Shown here piece by piece: positions 1-10,189 of a stretch of DNA of 64,000 nt (its first letter is position 1; every line of letters starts with the position of its first letter). The stretch is from assembly GCA_041630155.1 (NCBI GenBank), contig JBFKLX010000002.1:3769-67768 (forward strand), written 5' to 3'. The notes under the pieces are model-generated. The model was not told where the DNA came from, ran no database searches, and saw only the letters and a program-made list of their open reading frames with translations. The translations under genes were made by a program, and so were the position numbers. Origin of the DNA: Acidobacteriota bacterium. GTDB taxonomy: Bacteria > Acidobacteriota > UBA6911 > RPQK01 > JANQFM01.

Positions 1-716
1 AGCCCATCGTCGACCTCGAGAGCGGGCGCATCGTGGCCTTCGAAGCACTGGCGCGGTGGCTTCACCCGGAGCGCGGCCTGCTGCACCCCAAGGATTTCAT
101 CCCCACCGCAGAAGAGACCGGGCTGATCATACTGATTGGCCGCCACGTCTTGTACGAGGCCTGCCGCCAGTTGGTGAGCTGGCACCACCGCTTTCCGTCC
201 TTTCAAAGCCTCTCGATGAGTGTCAACTTGTCGGGCCGGGAGTTCAGCCAGTCCAATTTGATCGACCAGATCGTCGACGTGCTGGAAGAGACCGGACTGG
301 CCCCCTCGCGCCTCCGCCTGGAATTGACCGAAAGCACCCTGATGGAGCACAACCGGCCCGTGCCGGAGAAGCTGAAGCGGTTACGGGATTTGCAGATCCA
401 GCTTCACATCGACGACTTCGGAACGGGCTACTCGTCCCTGAACTATCTGCAGCAGTTGCCCGCGGACGTGCTGAAGATCGACCGTTCTTTCATCCGGCGG
501 ATGCACGACCACAACGGCGCCTCGGAGATCGTGGGCACGATCATCGACCTGGCTCGGAGCCTGGGCATGAACGTGGCTGCCGAGGGCCTGGAGACGGCCA
601 ACGAACTGGCCCATCTGCGCAATCTCCGCTGCGGGTTTGGACAGGGTTATTTCTTTGCCGAGCCCCTGGATCGGGAGCGCGCCTCCAGCCTGCTGGCCAC
701 CAATCCCGTGTGGTGA
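1..716 (+). CDS. EAL-domain protein (c-di-GMP phosphodiesterase), 5'-partial; the in-frame ORF runs to the window edge
   Basis: EAL-domain signature residues are visible in the translation: 'FEALARW', 'ELTES', 'IDDFGTGYSSL', 'QGYFF'. The ORF is in frame back to position 3. Confidence 0.75.
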   Translation, partial: PIVDLESGRIVAFEALARWLHPERGLLHPKDFIPTAEETGLIILIGRHVLYEACRQLVSWHHRFPSFQSLSMSVNLSGREFSQSNLIDQIVDVLEETGLAPSRLRLELTESTLMEHNRPVPEKLKRLRDLQIQLHIDDFGTGYSSLNYLQQLPADVLKIDRSFIRRMHDHNGASEIVGTIIDLARSLGMNVAAEGLETANELAHLRNLRCGFGQGYFFAEPLDRERASSLLATNPVW

Positions 717-831
717 GCGCCGGTCTGCCCGGAGGTGATCAGAGGGCGGGGCGGGTAGGTTGGATCGCGGGGCGCGAAGATCCCCCCAACCCTGCAGACC
801 CGGGGCATTCCCTGAGACGGCCCGTTGTCGG

Positions 832-1557
832 TTACTGTTGCTCGTCGTCCCGCCCCAGCGACGAGGCCAGGCCGTACTTCTGAATCTCTTCCTCCAGAAG
901 CTTCAGCTCGTCGGAGAATTTCTTGATCAATTGCAGATTGTACTGGGTCGCCTCCGACGGGCTCGCCTGCTCTTCCTCTTCCGAGAGTGCCTGTTCGTAG
1001 TTGGCGATCTGCTCATCGTAGAACTTTCGCATTTCCTCGTTGGGGGCCTGGGCGCGGGCATCCTTCATCTGTTGCAGAGCCATTTCCAGGCTTCCGCTGG
1101 TCTGCTGGCGGATGTTGTCCGTCCAGGTCGCCAGCCCCGCCTCCAGGATCTGCTCTTTGACCCAGGTGTATTCGGCCGTATTGTGGCCCAACTCCTGGGC
1201 GGCGCGAATGTCGGCGGTCACCAGATTGCTCAAGTCCTTGAGCGCTCCCAGGCTCTGCCAGGCGGTGGACAATCCGGCTCCCTCCTTTTCCGCTTCTTTC
1301 AGAGCCTGGCCCTTGGCTTTCAGTTGTTCCGCCGCCGCTTTGGCCAGATCCCGTTCCCGTTTCTTCACTTCCAGGTACATCCGCACCTGCTCCTCCGTCA
1401 ACCTGCCGTCAGCCGGGGGATCGTAACGGTCCTTGCTGGCCTCCTCCAGGACGTCCAGCACACCTTTGTCTTTCAAGGCTTCTTCGGCCTCCTTGGGGCC
1501 TCCCAAGCCGCAGGCTCCCAGAACCAACGCGAACATCAGCAACGATAGTCTTTTCAT
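832..1557 (-). CDS. Hypothetical secreted/lipoprotein with coiled-coil character
   Basis: N-terminal signal peptide with lipobox-like sequence 'MKRLSLLMFALVLGACG'. Charged, coiled-coil-like composition. No recognisable catalytic motifs. Confidence 0.45.
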   Translation of the reverse strand: MKRLSLLMFALVLGACGLGGPKEAEEALKDKGVLDVLEEASKDRYDPPADGRLTEEQVRMYLEVKKRERDLAKAAAEQLKAKGQALKEAEKEGAGLSTAWQSLGALKDLSNLVTADIRAAQELGHNTAEYTWVKEQILEAGLATWTDNIRQQTSGSLEMALQQMKDARAQAPNEEMRKFYDEQIANYEQALSEEEEQASPSEATQYNLQLIKKFSDELKLLEEEIQKYGLASSLGRDDEQQ

Positions 1558-1759
1558 TTGGGCTTCTCCATTTACGGGCAGGTCTGAACAGGCGTCGGCC
1601 GCAGCGAATCCGGAGCCGGGAAAAGTGGCTCCGAATCAGGTCGCTCGGCCTCAAACGCGCCCCCCAGCCTCCCTGACTTCCCGATTTTCTCATGTTCCCG
1701 AGCGGCGCGCGAGTATCCAACCACAGAGCTGCTGCCAATCTCAGTCTGGGACGGGGTGC

Positions 1760-2344
1760 TCACCCTAGTGGTTCGAGCGGATTGCTCCGCCGCTCCCGCC
1801 GTCTTCCCGGCCTCTCGCCCCTCGGCAGCAGAGCAAGAGGGGGCGGGGGCAGGCTTTCGGGATTCCGGAAGAACCGTCCCCATTGTTCTCCCAGCCGGTC
1901 CAGATCCAGGCCGCAATACGTCGAGTGGAGGGAGGCGACCTCTTGGAGCTTGTCCAGGCCCTTGCGGGCCAGGCTGCGCATTCCCGCCGGGCGCCCCATC
2001 CGGTGCTTCAACAGGGCGGCGGCCACCTGTATCAATCCCTGCAGGAACCTTCCCGGAAGATCGCGCCGGCGGGTGGACTTCCAGATTCCTTCCCAAGACT
2101 CGTGTGCTTCCCAATAGTAGCCGTGATTGTAGAGGTCGATCCCGTACAGATAGTCTTCACAGCGCCTCCAGGCTCGCGGGTCGAAGACCGCCGGAGACGG
2201 CTCTCGCAGGCCGTAGGAATGGCCCTCCGGGTCCCGCACGGGATGAGGCGTCGTTCCGGGCCGGTGGCGATAGGCGGGGAACGGCTTGGAACCATACCGC
2301 CGCGGCCTCCGGCTCTTTCTGCCCGAATCAGTCGGCCTCGTCAT
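1760..2344 (-). CDS. DUF309-domain protein
   Basis: The motif 'LYNHGYYWEAHESWEGIW' matches the DUF309 consensus (FN.G.YwEaHE..E..W). Confidence 0.55.
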   Translation of the reverse strand: MTRPTDSGRKSRRPRRYGSKPFPAYRHRPGTTPHPVRDPEGHSYGLREPSPAVFDPRAWRRCEDYLYGIDLYNHGYYWEAHESWEGIWKSTRRRDLPGRFLQGLIQVAAALLKHRMGRPAGMRSLARKGLDKLQEVASLHSTYCGLDLDRLGEQWGRFFRNPESLPPPPLALLPRGERPGRRRERRSNPLEPLG

Positions 2345-2978
2345 CTTTCCGGATTTTGTCGTAGGGCTGCACGACGCTCGAGGCGATGTTGCTCAGGTGG
2401 GCGCTGATGCGCCTCAGAATGCGCGCTGCGGCCGAGTAGACCACGGCCAGGTCTGCGCTCAGATCGCTCTCCGCGATTGCCCGCGTCAGCTCGTCCAGCC
2501 GCCGCTTGAAGTCCAAGTGGTGGGCCATCACCTGCTTGGCCTCTTCGAGGTTGTCCTCGCGAAACGCCCGGATGCACACGTCGAACTGTGGCCGCAGCTC
2601 GGCCAGGATCTCTTTCAACCCGTCTCGAAACTTGCCTTGGCGACGGCTCTTGGCGAGAGGGATCAGCTCGCCCAGTCCGCGTGCGAAGTCCCCGATTCGT
2701 TCCGCGTCCTGACAAATGCTGGCCAGCAGCAGGCTGGCCACCAGATCCTGGCTCGGGTTGACCGCCAGGTGCTCCAGCACGCTCCGCCGGATCAGGCGTT
2801 CGTTCTCGTCCACGGTGTCGTCCATGCGGTCCAGGTCGACTTCCAGAGGCTGGTTGTCGAGGAAGGCCGCCGACGCCAAATCGAGCATCCTGGCCGACTG
2901 AGTCAGCATTTCTTCGATGTCGCGATAGGCGGCTTCGATCAAACGGGACTGGCCCTTACCGAACAAGCGCTCGAGCAT
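2328..2978 (-). CDS. PhoU-like (DUF47/PhoU family) phosphate-transport regulator partner of the Na/Pi cotransporter
   Basis: All-helical protein with repeated 'D..E..I' PhoU-like motifs. It overlaps the upstream cotransporter gene by 23 bp, which points to an operon. Confidence 0.6.
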   Translation of the reverse strand: MLERLFGKGQSRLIEAAYRDIEEMLTQSARMLDLASAAFLDNQPLEVDLDRMDDTVDENERLIRRSVLEHLAVNPSQDLVASLLLASICQDAERIGDFARGLGELIPLAKSRRQGKFRDGLKEILAELRPQFDVCIRAFREDNLEEAKQVMAHHLDFKRRLDELTRAIAESDLSADLAVVYSAAARILRRISAHLSNIASSVVQPYDKIRKDDEAD

Positions 2979-4191
2979 GATCCCCTCCTCCCAGAGAGCC
3001 CCGCTGTGCTCCAGCTTCCGGCGAGTGGGGTGGCTCCAGGAGACTGGACGCCGGTGACGCGTCCGCCGGCAATGCCGGCTTCAAACTCTCCTCAGGCGCC
3101 CCAAAACTCCCCGAAAGAAGCAACAGCAAAAGCGGGATACCGAAAAACACAATCAAGATATAGCTGACCGCCAGAGGGCGGCTGCGCACCGCCACGTCGC
3201 CCATCCAGCGCGCCAGCGCCAGCGGGATGCGACGAGTCGGCGGAGGAAGATAGATGAGCAGGGCGCCGCTGACGTTGAACATGAGATGGGCGAAGGCGAC
3301 CGTCAGCGCGGTGTGGCTCCCCAGGGCCAGCGACGCCATCAGAGCAGTCACGGTGGTTCCGATGTTGGCGCCGATCGTGAATGGAAAAGCCTGTTCCAGG
3401 GTGATGACCCCCGCAGCGATGAGCGGCACCAGCACCGAGGTGGTAATCGAGCTGCTCTGGACCATGACGGTCATCAGAATCCCGGCCAGGATGGCCGCCG
3501 CAACGGACCGAAAGAGCGTCCTGTGCAGCACGGCCTCGGCTTTGCCCGAGAGCACCTTTCTGAGAAACACCACCAGGTAGCGTAGAGCAAGAAACAGCAG
3601 GGTCACCCCCAGGATCAAGGTCAATGTCGGCGAGTGCCCCATGCCGTCGCTGATCGAGTCGGCCACGGGTCGAACCACCGCCCGCAACGGGTTCAGAAGA
3701 GGCATGCCTCCGGCGCCCTCCAGAAGATTGGCGAGCCAACTGGAGAAGCGCCCCAGGAATCCCAGGGCGAGTTCCAGCGGAAACAGCAACAGCACCGCCA
3801 TCCAGTTGAAGAAGTCGTGCACCGTGGCACCCGCGAACGCCCGCCGGAACTCCTCGGTGCGGTTCACGTGCGCCAGCGCCACGATGGTGTTGGTGACCGA
3901 GGTGCCGATGTTGGCGCCCATAATGATGGGAATCGCTCCCTCGATGGTCAACGCTCCCGCACTCACCATCGCCACGGTCATCGAGGTCGTGCTGGAAGAG
4001 CTCTGGACCAGGCTGGTGGCCAAAACACCCACGAACAGGCCCACGAACGGGTTGGAAGTGGTCTCGATCAGGGCCTCGGCGAACCCTTTTCCGAACAGCT
4101 TGAAAGCCAGCTGCATCATTTCCAGGCCGAGGAAAAAGCCATAGAGGAGAACCGCCAGGGTCAGCAACCGCGCCAGCATGCCCTTCATCAA
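2956..4191 (-). CDS. Na+/phosphate cotransporter (NptA / Na-Pi cotransporter II-related family)
   Basis: Duplicated 'QSSS.TTS' and 'GANIGT.VT' repeats characteristic of Na/Pi-II transporters. Multiple TM helices. Confidence 0.85.
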   Translation of the reverse strand: MMKGMLARLLTLAVLLYGFFLGLEMMQLAFKLFGKGFAEALIETTSNPFVGLFVGVLATSLVQSSSSTTSMTVAMVSAGALTIEGAIPIIMGANIGTSVTNTIVALAHVNRTEEFRRAFAGATVHDFFNWMAVLLLFPLELALGFLGRFSSWLANLLEGAGGMPLLNPLRAVVRPVADSISDGMGHSPTLTLILGVTLLFLALRYLVVFLRKVLSGKAEAVLHRTLFRSVAAAILAGILMTVMVQSSSITTSVLVPLIAAGVITLEQAFPFTIGANIGTTVTALMASLALGSHTALTVAFAHLMFNVSGALLIYLPPPTRRIPLALARWMGDVAVRSRPLAVSYILIVFFGIPLLLLLLSGSFGAPEESLKPALPADASPASSLLEPPHSPEAGAQRGSLGGGDHARALVR

Positions 4192-4321
4192 TTCTCCTCT
4201 ACCGCAGGATTGGGGACGGCACCGTCAAAGCCGTGTCCCGGAGCCTCAAATCCAACCGACTCGCGACCGACCGACCCATTCGGATTTGGCGGCGACGGGC
4301 GCGACCGTTTCAGCCCACACA

Positions 4322-5560
4322 CTACTCCCAGACCCGCCGGAAATAAACCGTGATCTCCAAAGTCTGAGCGTCTCGCTGGATGCCGAGCTGCAAGGAATCG
4401 CCCCACTCCTTGGATGCCAGGACGCTGTTCAACTGGGACCGGTGCTCGAGCGGCTCTCCTTCCAGGGTGAGCAGCAGGTCCCCCGTCTTCAGGCCGGCCC
4501 GTTCGGCTGCCGATTCCTTCTCCACAAAAATCACTTTCAGGCGGCCCGACTCCTTGTCGGCGTGGCTGGAGATGCCGAGCGCGGGGAAGGCGGCGAACCG
4601 TTCGGGAGGATATCCCCACAGGTAATTGGCGTAGGAGGCCTGAACCTCCTCAATCGGCTCCCCTTTGCCGTCCCGGACGGGAAGTGGGATCACCGAAGCC
4701 ATCTTCCCGTCGAACCACTGGGCTGCCTGGCGTTCGATACCCAGCCCGTAGGCCACGTGTCCGGCACCCACCAGCACCACCATGATGGGATTGCGGTCGG
4801 CGAAGCGGGCCAGGGTCTGGGTGGCGTTGTAGCCCATGCTGGCGTCCCAAGTGCACTGGGCGTTGAACATGCCCTGCCACTGCTCCTCGCTCAGCGAAGT
4901 GTGGAAGCCCTCCTCTTCGTCTTCGTCGTCACTTGCGAAGAAGGCCTTGAACAGCTCGAAGTGTTCCGGGTTTTCCGTGTCGACGGTTTCCGGGACGTGG
5001 GCCCGCTCCTCTTCGGAAAGCCCATCGAATCCCTTCTGCCGGACCGCGCTCACGACTGAGCGCGGGGTATTGACAGCGAACAAGGGGATGTTTCGCTGCT
5101 GAGCCATCAGGAAGATGGAGCGGTAGTAGCGCCAGTTGTACCCCCAGTTGCGGTACCAGTCCGCCAGCCGGACGAATCCCTCCTCGGTGAGGTAGCCCGA
5201 ATTCCAACTGTCCAGGTGTTTCTGCTCCGTATAGGGGAACATCTCGAGGCCCACCAGGACGGTGCGGCCCGAGTCGGCGAGGGCACGGATGATGCGCTCC
5301 TGAATTTGGTGCACCTCGGCGCTGGTGTGGTTCTCCCCGACGAAGACCAACTGGACGCCGGCAAGCTGCTGGACCAGGTCCGCCAGCGTGATCGTCTCAC
5401 CGGTTTGTGCATCGGTGACAGCGTCCAGCATCAGCGGCACACGGCGGTCCTTGCGCGCCGGATCGCCGATTGGCATCTGCAGCAGATCCGCGGCCTTCAG
5501 GGGAACCCAGAACAGACAGAGAAGCAACCACAATCGAATACTCGTTCTCACTTTCACCAC
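4322..5560 (-). CDS. ChaN-family (Cofac_haem_bdg/Tiki-like) lipoprotein fused to a C-terminal PDZ domain
   Basis: Signal peptide at the N-terminus. 'LVFVGENHTSAEVHQIQ' matches the ChaN GExH...H motif. The C-terminus 'GLKTGDLLLTLEGEPL...LQLGIQRD' is PDZ-like. Confidence 0.6.
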   Translation of the reverse strand: MVKVRTSIRLWLLLCLFWVPLKAADLLQMPIGDPARKDRRVPLMLDAVTDAQTGETITLADLVQQLAGVQLVFVGENHTSAEVHQIQERIIRALADSGRTVLVGLEMFPYTEQKHLDSWNSGYLTEEGFVRLADWYRNWGYNWRYYRSIFLMAQQRNIPLFAVNTPRSVVSAVRQKGFDGLSEEERAHVPETVDTENPEHFELFKAFFASDDEDEEEGFHTSLSEEQWQGMFNAQCTWDASMGYNATQTLARFADRNPIMVVLVGAGHVAYGLGIERQAAQWFDGKMASVIPLPVRDGKGEPIEEVQASYANYLWGYPPERFAAFPALGISSHADKESGRLKVIFVEKESAAERAGLKTGDLLLTLEGEPLEHRSQLNSVLASKEWGDSLQLGIQRDAQTLEITVYFRRVWE

Positions 5561-5572
5561 CTCGAAATTGGG

Positions 5573-6514
5573 TCATTGCCGATGCGCAGGGAACAGACGT
5601 TCGAAATTGCCTCGGAAGATCGCCTCCTCGTCGTCGGCCCCCACACCGAGTCCCTTCAGCAGCTGGCGCTGCTCGTCCCGAATACTGCGCTGCCAGCCCC
5701 GTGGAAAAAACGACGAGTCAGTGCCGAACAAGAGCCGCCTGGCTCCCAGCACCTGGAGCGTCTGAGCGAAGATCTGCTGAAGGTTGAGGCTGGCATGAAA
5801 CTTGACCCAGCTGTTGGAGCTGGAGGTGTCCAGCAGAACATTGGGATGCATATCGGCCAGCATGAGCGCCTCCCGGAGCATGCCCGCGCCGAAGTGGGGC
5901 AGGATGACCGGGAGTTCCGGGAAGCTCGACAACGCCGGGTGCAAGTCCAACGGATTCCCCAGACGAACGTCGAAGCGGCTGGGGAGGCCCAGTTTCGTTC
6001 GGACCCCCACCGAGAGCTGCCCACAGTGCACGAAAACGGCTTGCGCCTTTCCTTTCCATGCGGCCTCGAAGAGCTCGAGAGCAGCATCCCCATCCAGGCG
6101 AAAGCCGTGCATTGCCGGGAAGAGGCAGACGACGCGCAGGGCTCGACGCTGAAGGGCCGCCGCGACTCTCCGGGCGGCCTCGTCTCGAGTCGGATCGACC
6201 ATGAAAAGACCCACTAACCGGTCGGGATGGCGGTGTACGGCCGCTTCGACCGAAGTTTCGTCACCCGGCAAGCTGGCCATCAATGCGCAGCGGCGTACCT
6301 GGTGGGCGTCCAGTTCGCGTACCCAGCGATCGGCCAGTTCCTCCGATGTCCCCGGCCATTCCCAGCCGAGTCTGTCCACCACTTGGGGGGCTGGCAGGGG
6401 CTGCTGCGGGTCGATCTGGGCGCCCAGCTTCTCGAAAAATCCCGTCGAGAAGAAGTGGCAATGGGCATCATTGACGATGATCGGATGCATTCTGTCTCTC
6501 AGAGCGCGCTTCAC
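5573..6514 (-). CDS. Amidohydrolase-2 family metal-dependent hydrolase (TIM barrel)
   Basis: The N-terminal 'VNDAHCHFF' metal-binding HxH motif, plus overall Amidohydro_2-like layout. Confidence 0.6.
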   Translation of the reverse strand: MKRALRDRMHPIIVNDAHCHFFSTGFFEKLGAQIDPQQPLPAPQVVDRLGWEWPGTSEELADRWVRELDAHQVRRCALMASLPGDETSVEAAVHRHPDRLVGLFMVDPTRDEAARRVAAALQRRALRVVCLFPAMHGFRLDGDAALELFEAAWKGKAQAVFVHCGQLSVGVRTKLGLPSRFDVRLGNPLDLHPALSSFPELPVILPHFGAGMLREALMLADMHPNVLLDTSSSNSWVKFHASLNLQQIFAQTLQVLGARRLLFGTDSSFFPRGWQRSIRDEQRQLLKGLGVGADDEEAIFRGNFERLFPAHRQ

Positions 6515-6621
6515 AGAAAGTCCTCATTGTATGGGTTGGGCGGGAGTCTCTACAAGCCACGGGTTGGAAACTCCGGCGTCTGCCTGCTGCTGGGGCCGAG
6601 GCTGATTCGCCGGTAAAGCCT

Positions 6622-7719
6622 TCACAGCAGCACGAAGTCGTTGCGGTGCACGACGGGGCCGTAGCTGTAGCCCAGGCGCTCCTCGATGCCACTGGAATGG
6701 CAGCCGGCGATGCGCTCGAGGGCCTGGCTCGAATAGCGGCTGATGCCTCTCCCCAGCTCTTTCGACTCGGGGTCCAACACGACCACGGCGTCCCCCCGCT
6801 CGAACTGGTTCTCGACGCGCAGCAGACCGGCCGGAAGCAGCGACCTGCCCTGCTCGGCCAGCGCGCGGGCGGCGCCAGCGTCCACCTGCAGGCGGCCGCT
6901 GGGTTTGGGTCCCGCCAGGATCCAGCGTTTGCGGTTCTCGAGCGGGCTCTCCAAAGCCGCGAAACGCGTCCCTCGAGGCTGGCCCTGGAGGACGTCAGAG
7001 ATCACTCCGGGAATGCGTCCCGAGGCGATCACCACATCGGCGCCGGCCCGGCGTGCCAGATCCGCCGCCTGCAGCTTGGTGATCATCCCACCCACTCCCA
7101 GGCCGCTGACGCTCTCTCCGGCCAGGCGCTGGATCGACTCGTCGATGTCGCGCACCTCCGGGATCAGCTCTGCTTCGGGGTGGCGGCGAGGATCGGCCGT
7201 GAACAACCCGCTCTGGTCGGTCAGCAGCAGGAGTAGATCGGCTTCGGCCAGGATCGCGACCCGCGCCGACAGATTGTCGTTGTCTCCCACTTTGATCTCG
7301 TCCGTGGCCACGGCGTCGTTTTCGTTGACGATCGGGATGATGCGCTGCGACACCAATGCCTGCAAGGTGTCGCGGGCGTTCAGAAAGCGGTGGCGGTCTT
7401 CCAGGTCTGCCCGGGTCAGCAACATCTGTCCCACCCGGATGCCGTAGATGTCGAAGAGGCGCTCCCAGCTGAGCATCAGGCGACTCTGCCCCACCGCCGC
7501 CAGCATCTGCTGGTTGGTGAGTGTCGGGGCCAGCTCGGGGAATCCCAAGACTTCCCTCCCCGCCGCGATGGCACCCGAGGTGCAGAGGACCACCTCCAGG
7601 CCGCCGGCGTGCGCTTCGGCAAACTGGCGCACCAGCTCCAGCATCTGGGGACGGTCCAGGCTGCGGGTACCCCCCGTCAGCACGCTGGTTCCCAACTTGA
7701 CCACCAAACGCCGGTACAT
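6622..7719 (-). CDS. proB: Glutamate 5-kinase with C-terminal PUA domain
   Basis: 'VVKLGTS.LT', '[10 protein letters not shown]' and 'GDNDNLSA' motifs, plus a C-terminal PUA domain. The start is placed at the MYRRL methionine (residue 57 of the track ORF); the upstream extension is R/P-rich and non-conserved. Confidence 0.9.
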   Translation of the reverse strand: MYRRLVVKLGTSVLTGGTRSLDRPQMLELVRQFAEAHAGGLEVVLCTSGAIAAGREVLGFPELAPTLTNQQMLAAVGQSRLMLSWERLFDIYGIRVGQMLLTRADLEDRHRFLNARDTLQALVSQRIIPIVNENDAVATDEIKVGDNDNLSARVAILAEADLLLLLTDQSGLFTADPRRHPEAELIPEVRDIDESIQRLAGESVSGLGVGGMITKLQAADLARRAGADVVIASGRIPGVISDVLQGQPRGTRFAALESPLENRKRWILAGPKPSGRLQVDAGAARALAEQGRSLLPAGLLRVENQFERGDAVVVLDPESKELGRGISRYSSQALERIAGCHSSGIEERLGYSYGPVVHRNDFVLL

Positions 7720-7892
7720 CGCGCCAGATAGTGTAGCGGAAAGATCCGCCCGCTCAACGCCCCGGTGCCTGGCGGGATGGCGGCCCGATGGGGACAGGGC
7801 AAGTTCAGCACTGGCCGGCTGACGGTTCGCAGGCGGCCTTGTGAGGGGAAGTTCCGGCCAGGAGGCACCTCCATTGGCTATAATCACACGTC

Positions 7893-9146
7893 ATGACGGA
7901 TCGATCGAACCGGGCCTCCGACTGGCTGAGGCTCAGCGAACGCATGTCGCGCCTGCCCCCCTACCTGTTCGGTCAGATCAACAAAGTCAAGGACCGGAAG
8001 CGCCGCGACGGCATCGACATCATCGACATGGCCATGGGCAATCCCACCGACCCCACGCCCGATCCAATCGTCGAGAAGCTCTGCGAGGTCGTTCAAGATC
8101 CCCGCAGCCACCGCTATTCGGCCGCCGGCGGGCTCTACAATTTGCGCCGCGACGTGGCTCGTTTCTACCAGAAGCATTACCAGGTCCGGTTGAACCCGGA
8201 GGACGAAGTCATCGCTACGATCGGCTCGAAGGAAGGCTTCGCCCACCTCTGCCTGGCGCTGATCGGCCCCGGGGACACCGCCATGGTCCCGGCTCCCTCC
8301 TACCCCATCCACAGCTACGGTGTGGTGCTGGCGGGGGGGAGCTACCTGAGCATTCCGATTGCCGACGATGAGGCCTTCCTGCGCGCCGTCGACCAAACCT
8401 GCCGCACCTACTTTCCCCGGCCCAAGGTCCTGTTCCTCAATTACCCGCACAACCCTACGGCCCGGACTGTCTCTCTGGACTTCTTCGAAGAGGTCGTCGC
8501 CCTGGCTCGCCGCCACGAGCTGATCGTGGTACACGACTTCGCTTACGGAGGCCTGGGCTTCGACGGCTATCATCCGCCCAGCTTCCTGCAGGCTCGGGGA
8601 GCCAATCAAGTCGGAGTCGAGTTCACCACCATGTCGAAGACCTTCAACATGGCCGGCTGGCGGATCGGCTTTTGCAGCGGCAACCGCACCGTAATTGACG
8701 GTCTGTCCCGCATCAAGGGCTACTACGACTACGGGATCTTCCAGGCCATCCAGATCGCCTCCATCATCGGGCTGCGCGGTTACGGACGCATCTCCAAACG
8801 GCAGTCCAAGCTCTACCAGGAACGCCGCGACGTGCTGGTGCAGCGGCTGCGGCAGGCGGGCTGGGACAACTTCCAGGAACCGCGGGCCGGGATGTTCGTC
8901 TGGGCGGGCATCCCTGCCGGACTGGAACACCTCGGCTCCATGCAGTTCGCTCAGCAGCTGATGGAGGAGGCTGAAGTGGCCGTAGCCCCCGGGATCGGCT
9001 TCGGGCCGGAGGGAGAAGGCTACGTGCGGATGGCGCTGATCGAAAATCGCCAGCGGATTCGCCAGGCCGCCCGCCAGATCCATCGAACGCTCAACCGGTG
9101 GCGGCAGTCCGGGGAGTCCAACGTCGAGAAGCTGAAAACCCGGTAG
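7893..9146 (+). CDS. alaC: Class I/II PLP-dependent aminotransferase, closest in pattern to glutamate-pyruvate aminotransferase AlaC/YfdZ
   Basis: Collinear with E. coli AlaC motifs: 'RLPPYLF', 'MGNP...P..IVEKLC', 'IGSKEG.AHL', 'PSYPIH', 'TMSKTFNMAGWRIGF', 'RIKGYYDYG', 'ALIEN..RIRQA'. Confidence 0.8.
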   Translation: MTDRSNRASDWLRLSERMSRLPPYLFGQINKVKDRKRRDGIDIIDMAMGNPTDPTPDPIVEKLCEVVQDPRSHRYSAAGGLYNLRRDVARFYQKHYQVRLNPEDEVIATIGSKEGFAHLCLALIGPGDTAMVPAPSYPIHSYGVVLAGGSYLSIPIADDEAFLRAVDQTCRTYFPRPKVLFLNYPHNPTARTVSLDFFEEVVALARRHELIVVHDFAYGGLGFDGYHPPSFLQARGANQVGVEFTTMSKTFNMAGWRIGFCSGNRTVIDGLSRIKGYYDYGIFQAIQIASIIGLRGYGRISKRQSKLYQERRDVLVQRLRQAGWDNFQEPRAGMFVWAGIPAGLEHLGSMQFAQQLMEEAEVAVAPGIGFGPEGEGYVRMALIENRQRIRQAARQIHRTLNRWRQSGESNVEKLKTR

Positions 9147-9236
9147 CGGGCTTTCGGAAACGATCGGCCGGCGCCACCGGAAGAGGCCAGCGTCCGACGA
9201 GATTCGGACTCGCGCAAGGGGCTTCGGGCCGTTCCG

Positions 9237-10007
9237 TCAACTCATGATCTGGCCTCCGCAAAGGTTGTAGGCCTGGCCGGTGATGTTGCGGGCCGCGGGC
9301 GAAGCCAGATAGCTGACCAGCTGGGCAATTTCCCCGGGCTCGATGATCTCTTTGAGCGGTACGCCGTCGAGGGCCATCCTCCGAAACTCTTCGTAGCTGA
9401 CATTTTGCCCCTTGGCGCCCGCCTCCATTCCCTGGCGAGCCATCGTCGTTTCGACCCAGCCCGGGCAGAGGGCGTTGACCGTGATCCTGCGCGGCGCCAC
9501 TTCCAGAGCCAGCGAACGCGTGAAGCCGATGATGCCGTGCTTGGCGCTGCAGTAGGCCGTGTAGCCCGGCACCCCGAAACGCCCCAGCACCGAGGAGAAA
9601 TTGATGATGCGTCCGCCCTCGGGCATGGTCTGCAGCGCCCGCCGGCTACAGAAGAAGGAGCCGTCCAGGGTCACGGCCAGGACCAGGTGCCAGCGGTCGT
9701 CACGAGGATCGTGAATCGGAGTCGGACCCCCTACCCCGGCGTTGTTCACGAGAATGTCGACCCGCTGCCAGCGCCCCTCCACGGCGTCGAAGAAACTCTC
9801 CACCTGGTCTCTCACGCTCACGTCGCAAACCTGGGCGAAGACCTCGACTCCTGCTTGGCGCAGCTCCGACTCGGCCCGCTCCAGCGCTTGGGAGCGCCGC
9901 GCGCAGATCGCCACCCGTGCTCCCTGCCGTCCAAGCTCTTCCGCGATGGCCTTGCCGATTCCCTCACTGGCACCTGTCACGACCGCAGTCTTGCTCTCGA
10001 GAGTCAT
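9237..10007 (-). CDS. Short-chain dehydrogenase/reductase (SDR) family oxidoreductase
   Basis: 'TAVVTGASEGIGKAIA' Rossmann motif, 'NNAG' motif, and YxxxK in 'YCSAKHG'. The start is placed at the MTLESK methionine (residue 40 of the track ORF). Confidence 0.85.
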   Translation of the reverse strand: MTLESKTAVVTGASEGIGKAIAEELGRQGARVAICARRSQALERAESELRQAGVEVFAQVCDVSVRDQVESFFDAVEGRWQRVDILVNNAGVGGPTPIHDPRDDRWHLVLAVTLDGSFFCSRRALQTMPEGGRIINFSSVLGRFGVPGYTAYCSAKHGIIGFTRSLALEVAPRRITVNALCPGWVETTMARQGMEAGAKGQNVSYEEFRRMALDGVPLKEIIEPGEIAQLVSYLASPAARNITGQAYNLCGGQIMS

Positions 10008-10189
10008 CGGCCGAGGACTATACCGGCTGCGGGCTGGCGGAACAAGAGGCGCCGTGCCGGTGGGTGGGCTGGCACCACGAAGCGGCGAGAGTCCGAGCTT
10101 CGATTCTCCGGGAAGTCTCTGCAATCCCCAATCATAGCCCCGGGGATCCGGAATTTGAGAGGAAAACGCTGGGGGGTGGCATGCCCCTC

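Noticed and set aside
7720-7887. 56-codon N-terminal extension of proB in the track ORF. Similar upstream extensions exist on the SDR (9237), the TPR proteins, porG, the Kelch protein and the radical SAM.
   Set aside because: The extensions are non-conserved and low-complexity. The internal Met aligns with the canonical protein starts.
7884-9083. 399-aa minus-strand ORF antisense to the AlaC-like aminotransferase
   Set aside because: The plus-strand frame aligns motif-for-motif with AlaC. The antisense frame has no motifs and the Arg/Gly/Val-rich composition typical of shadow ORFs in high-GC DNA.
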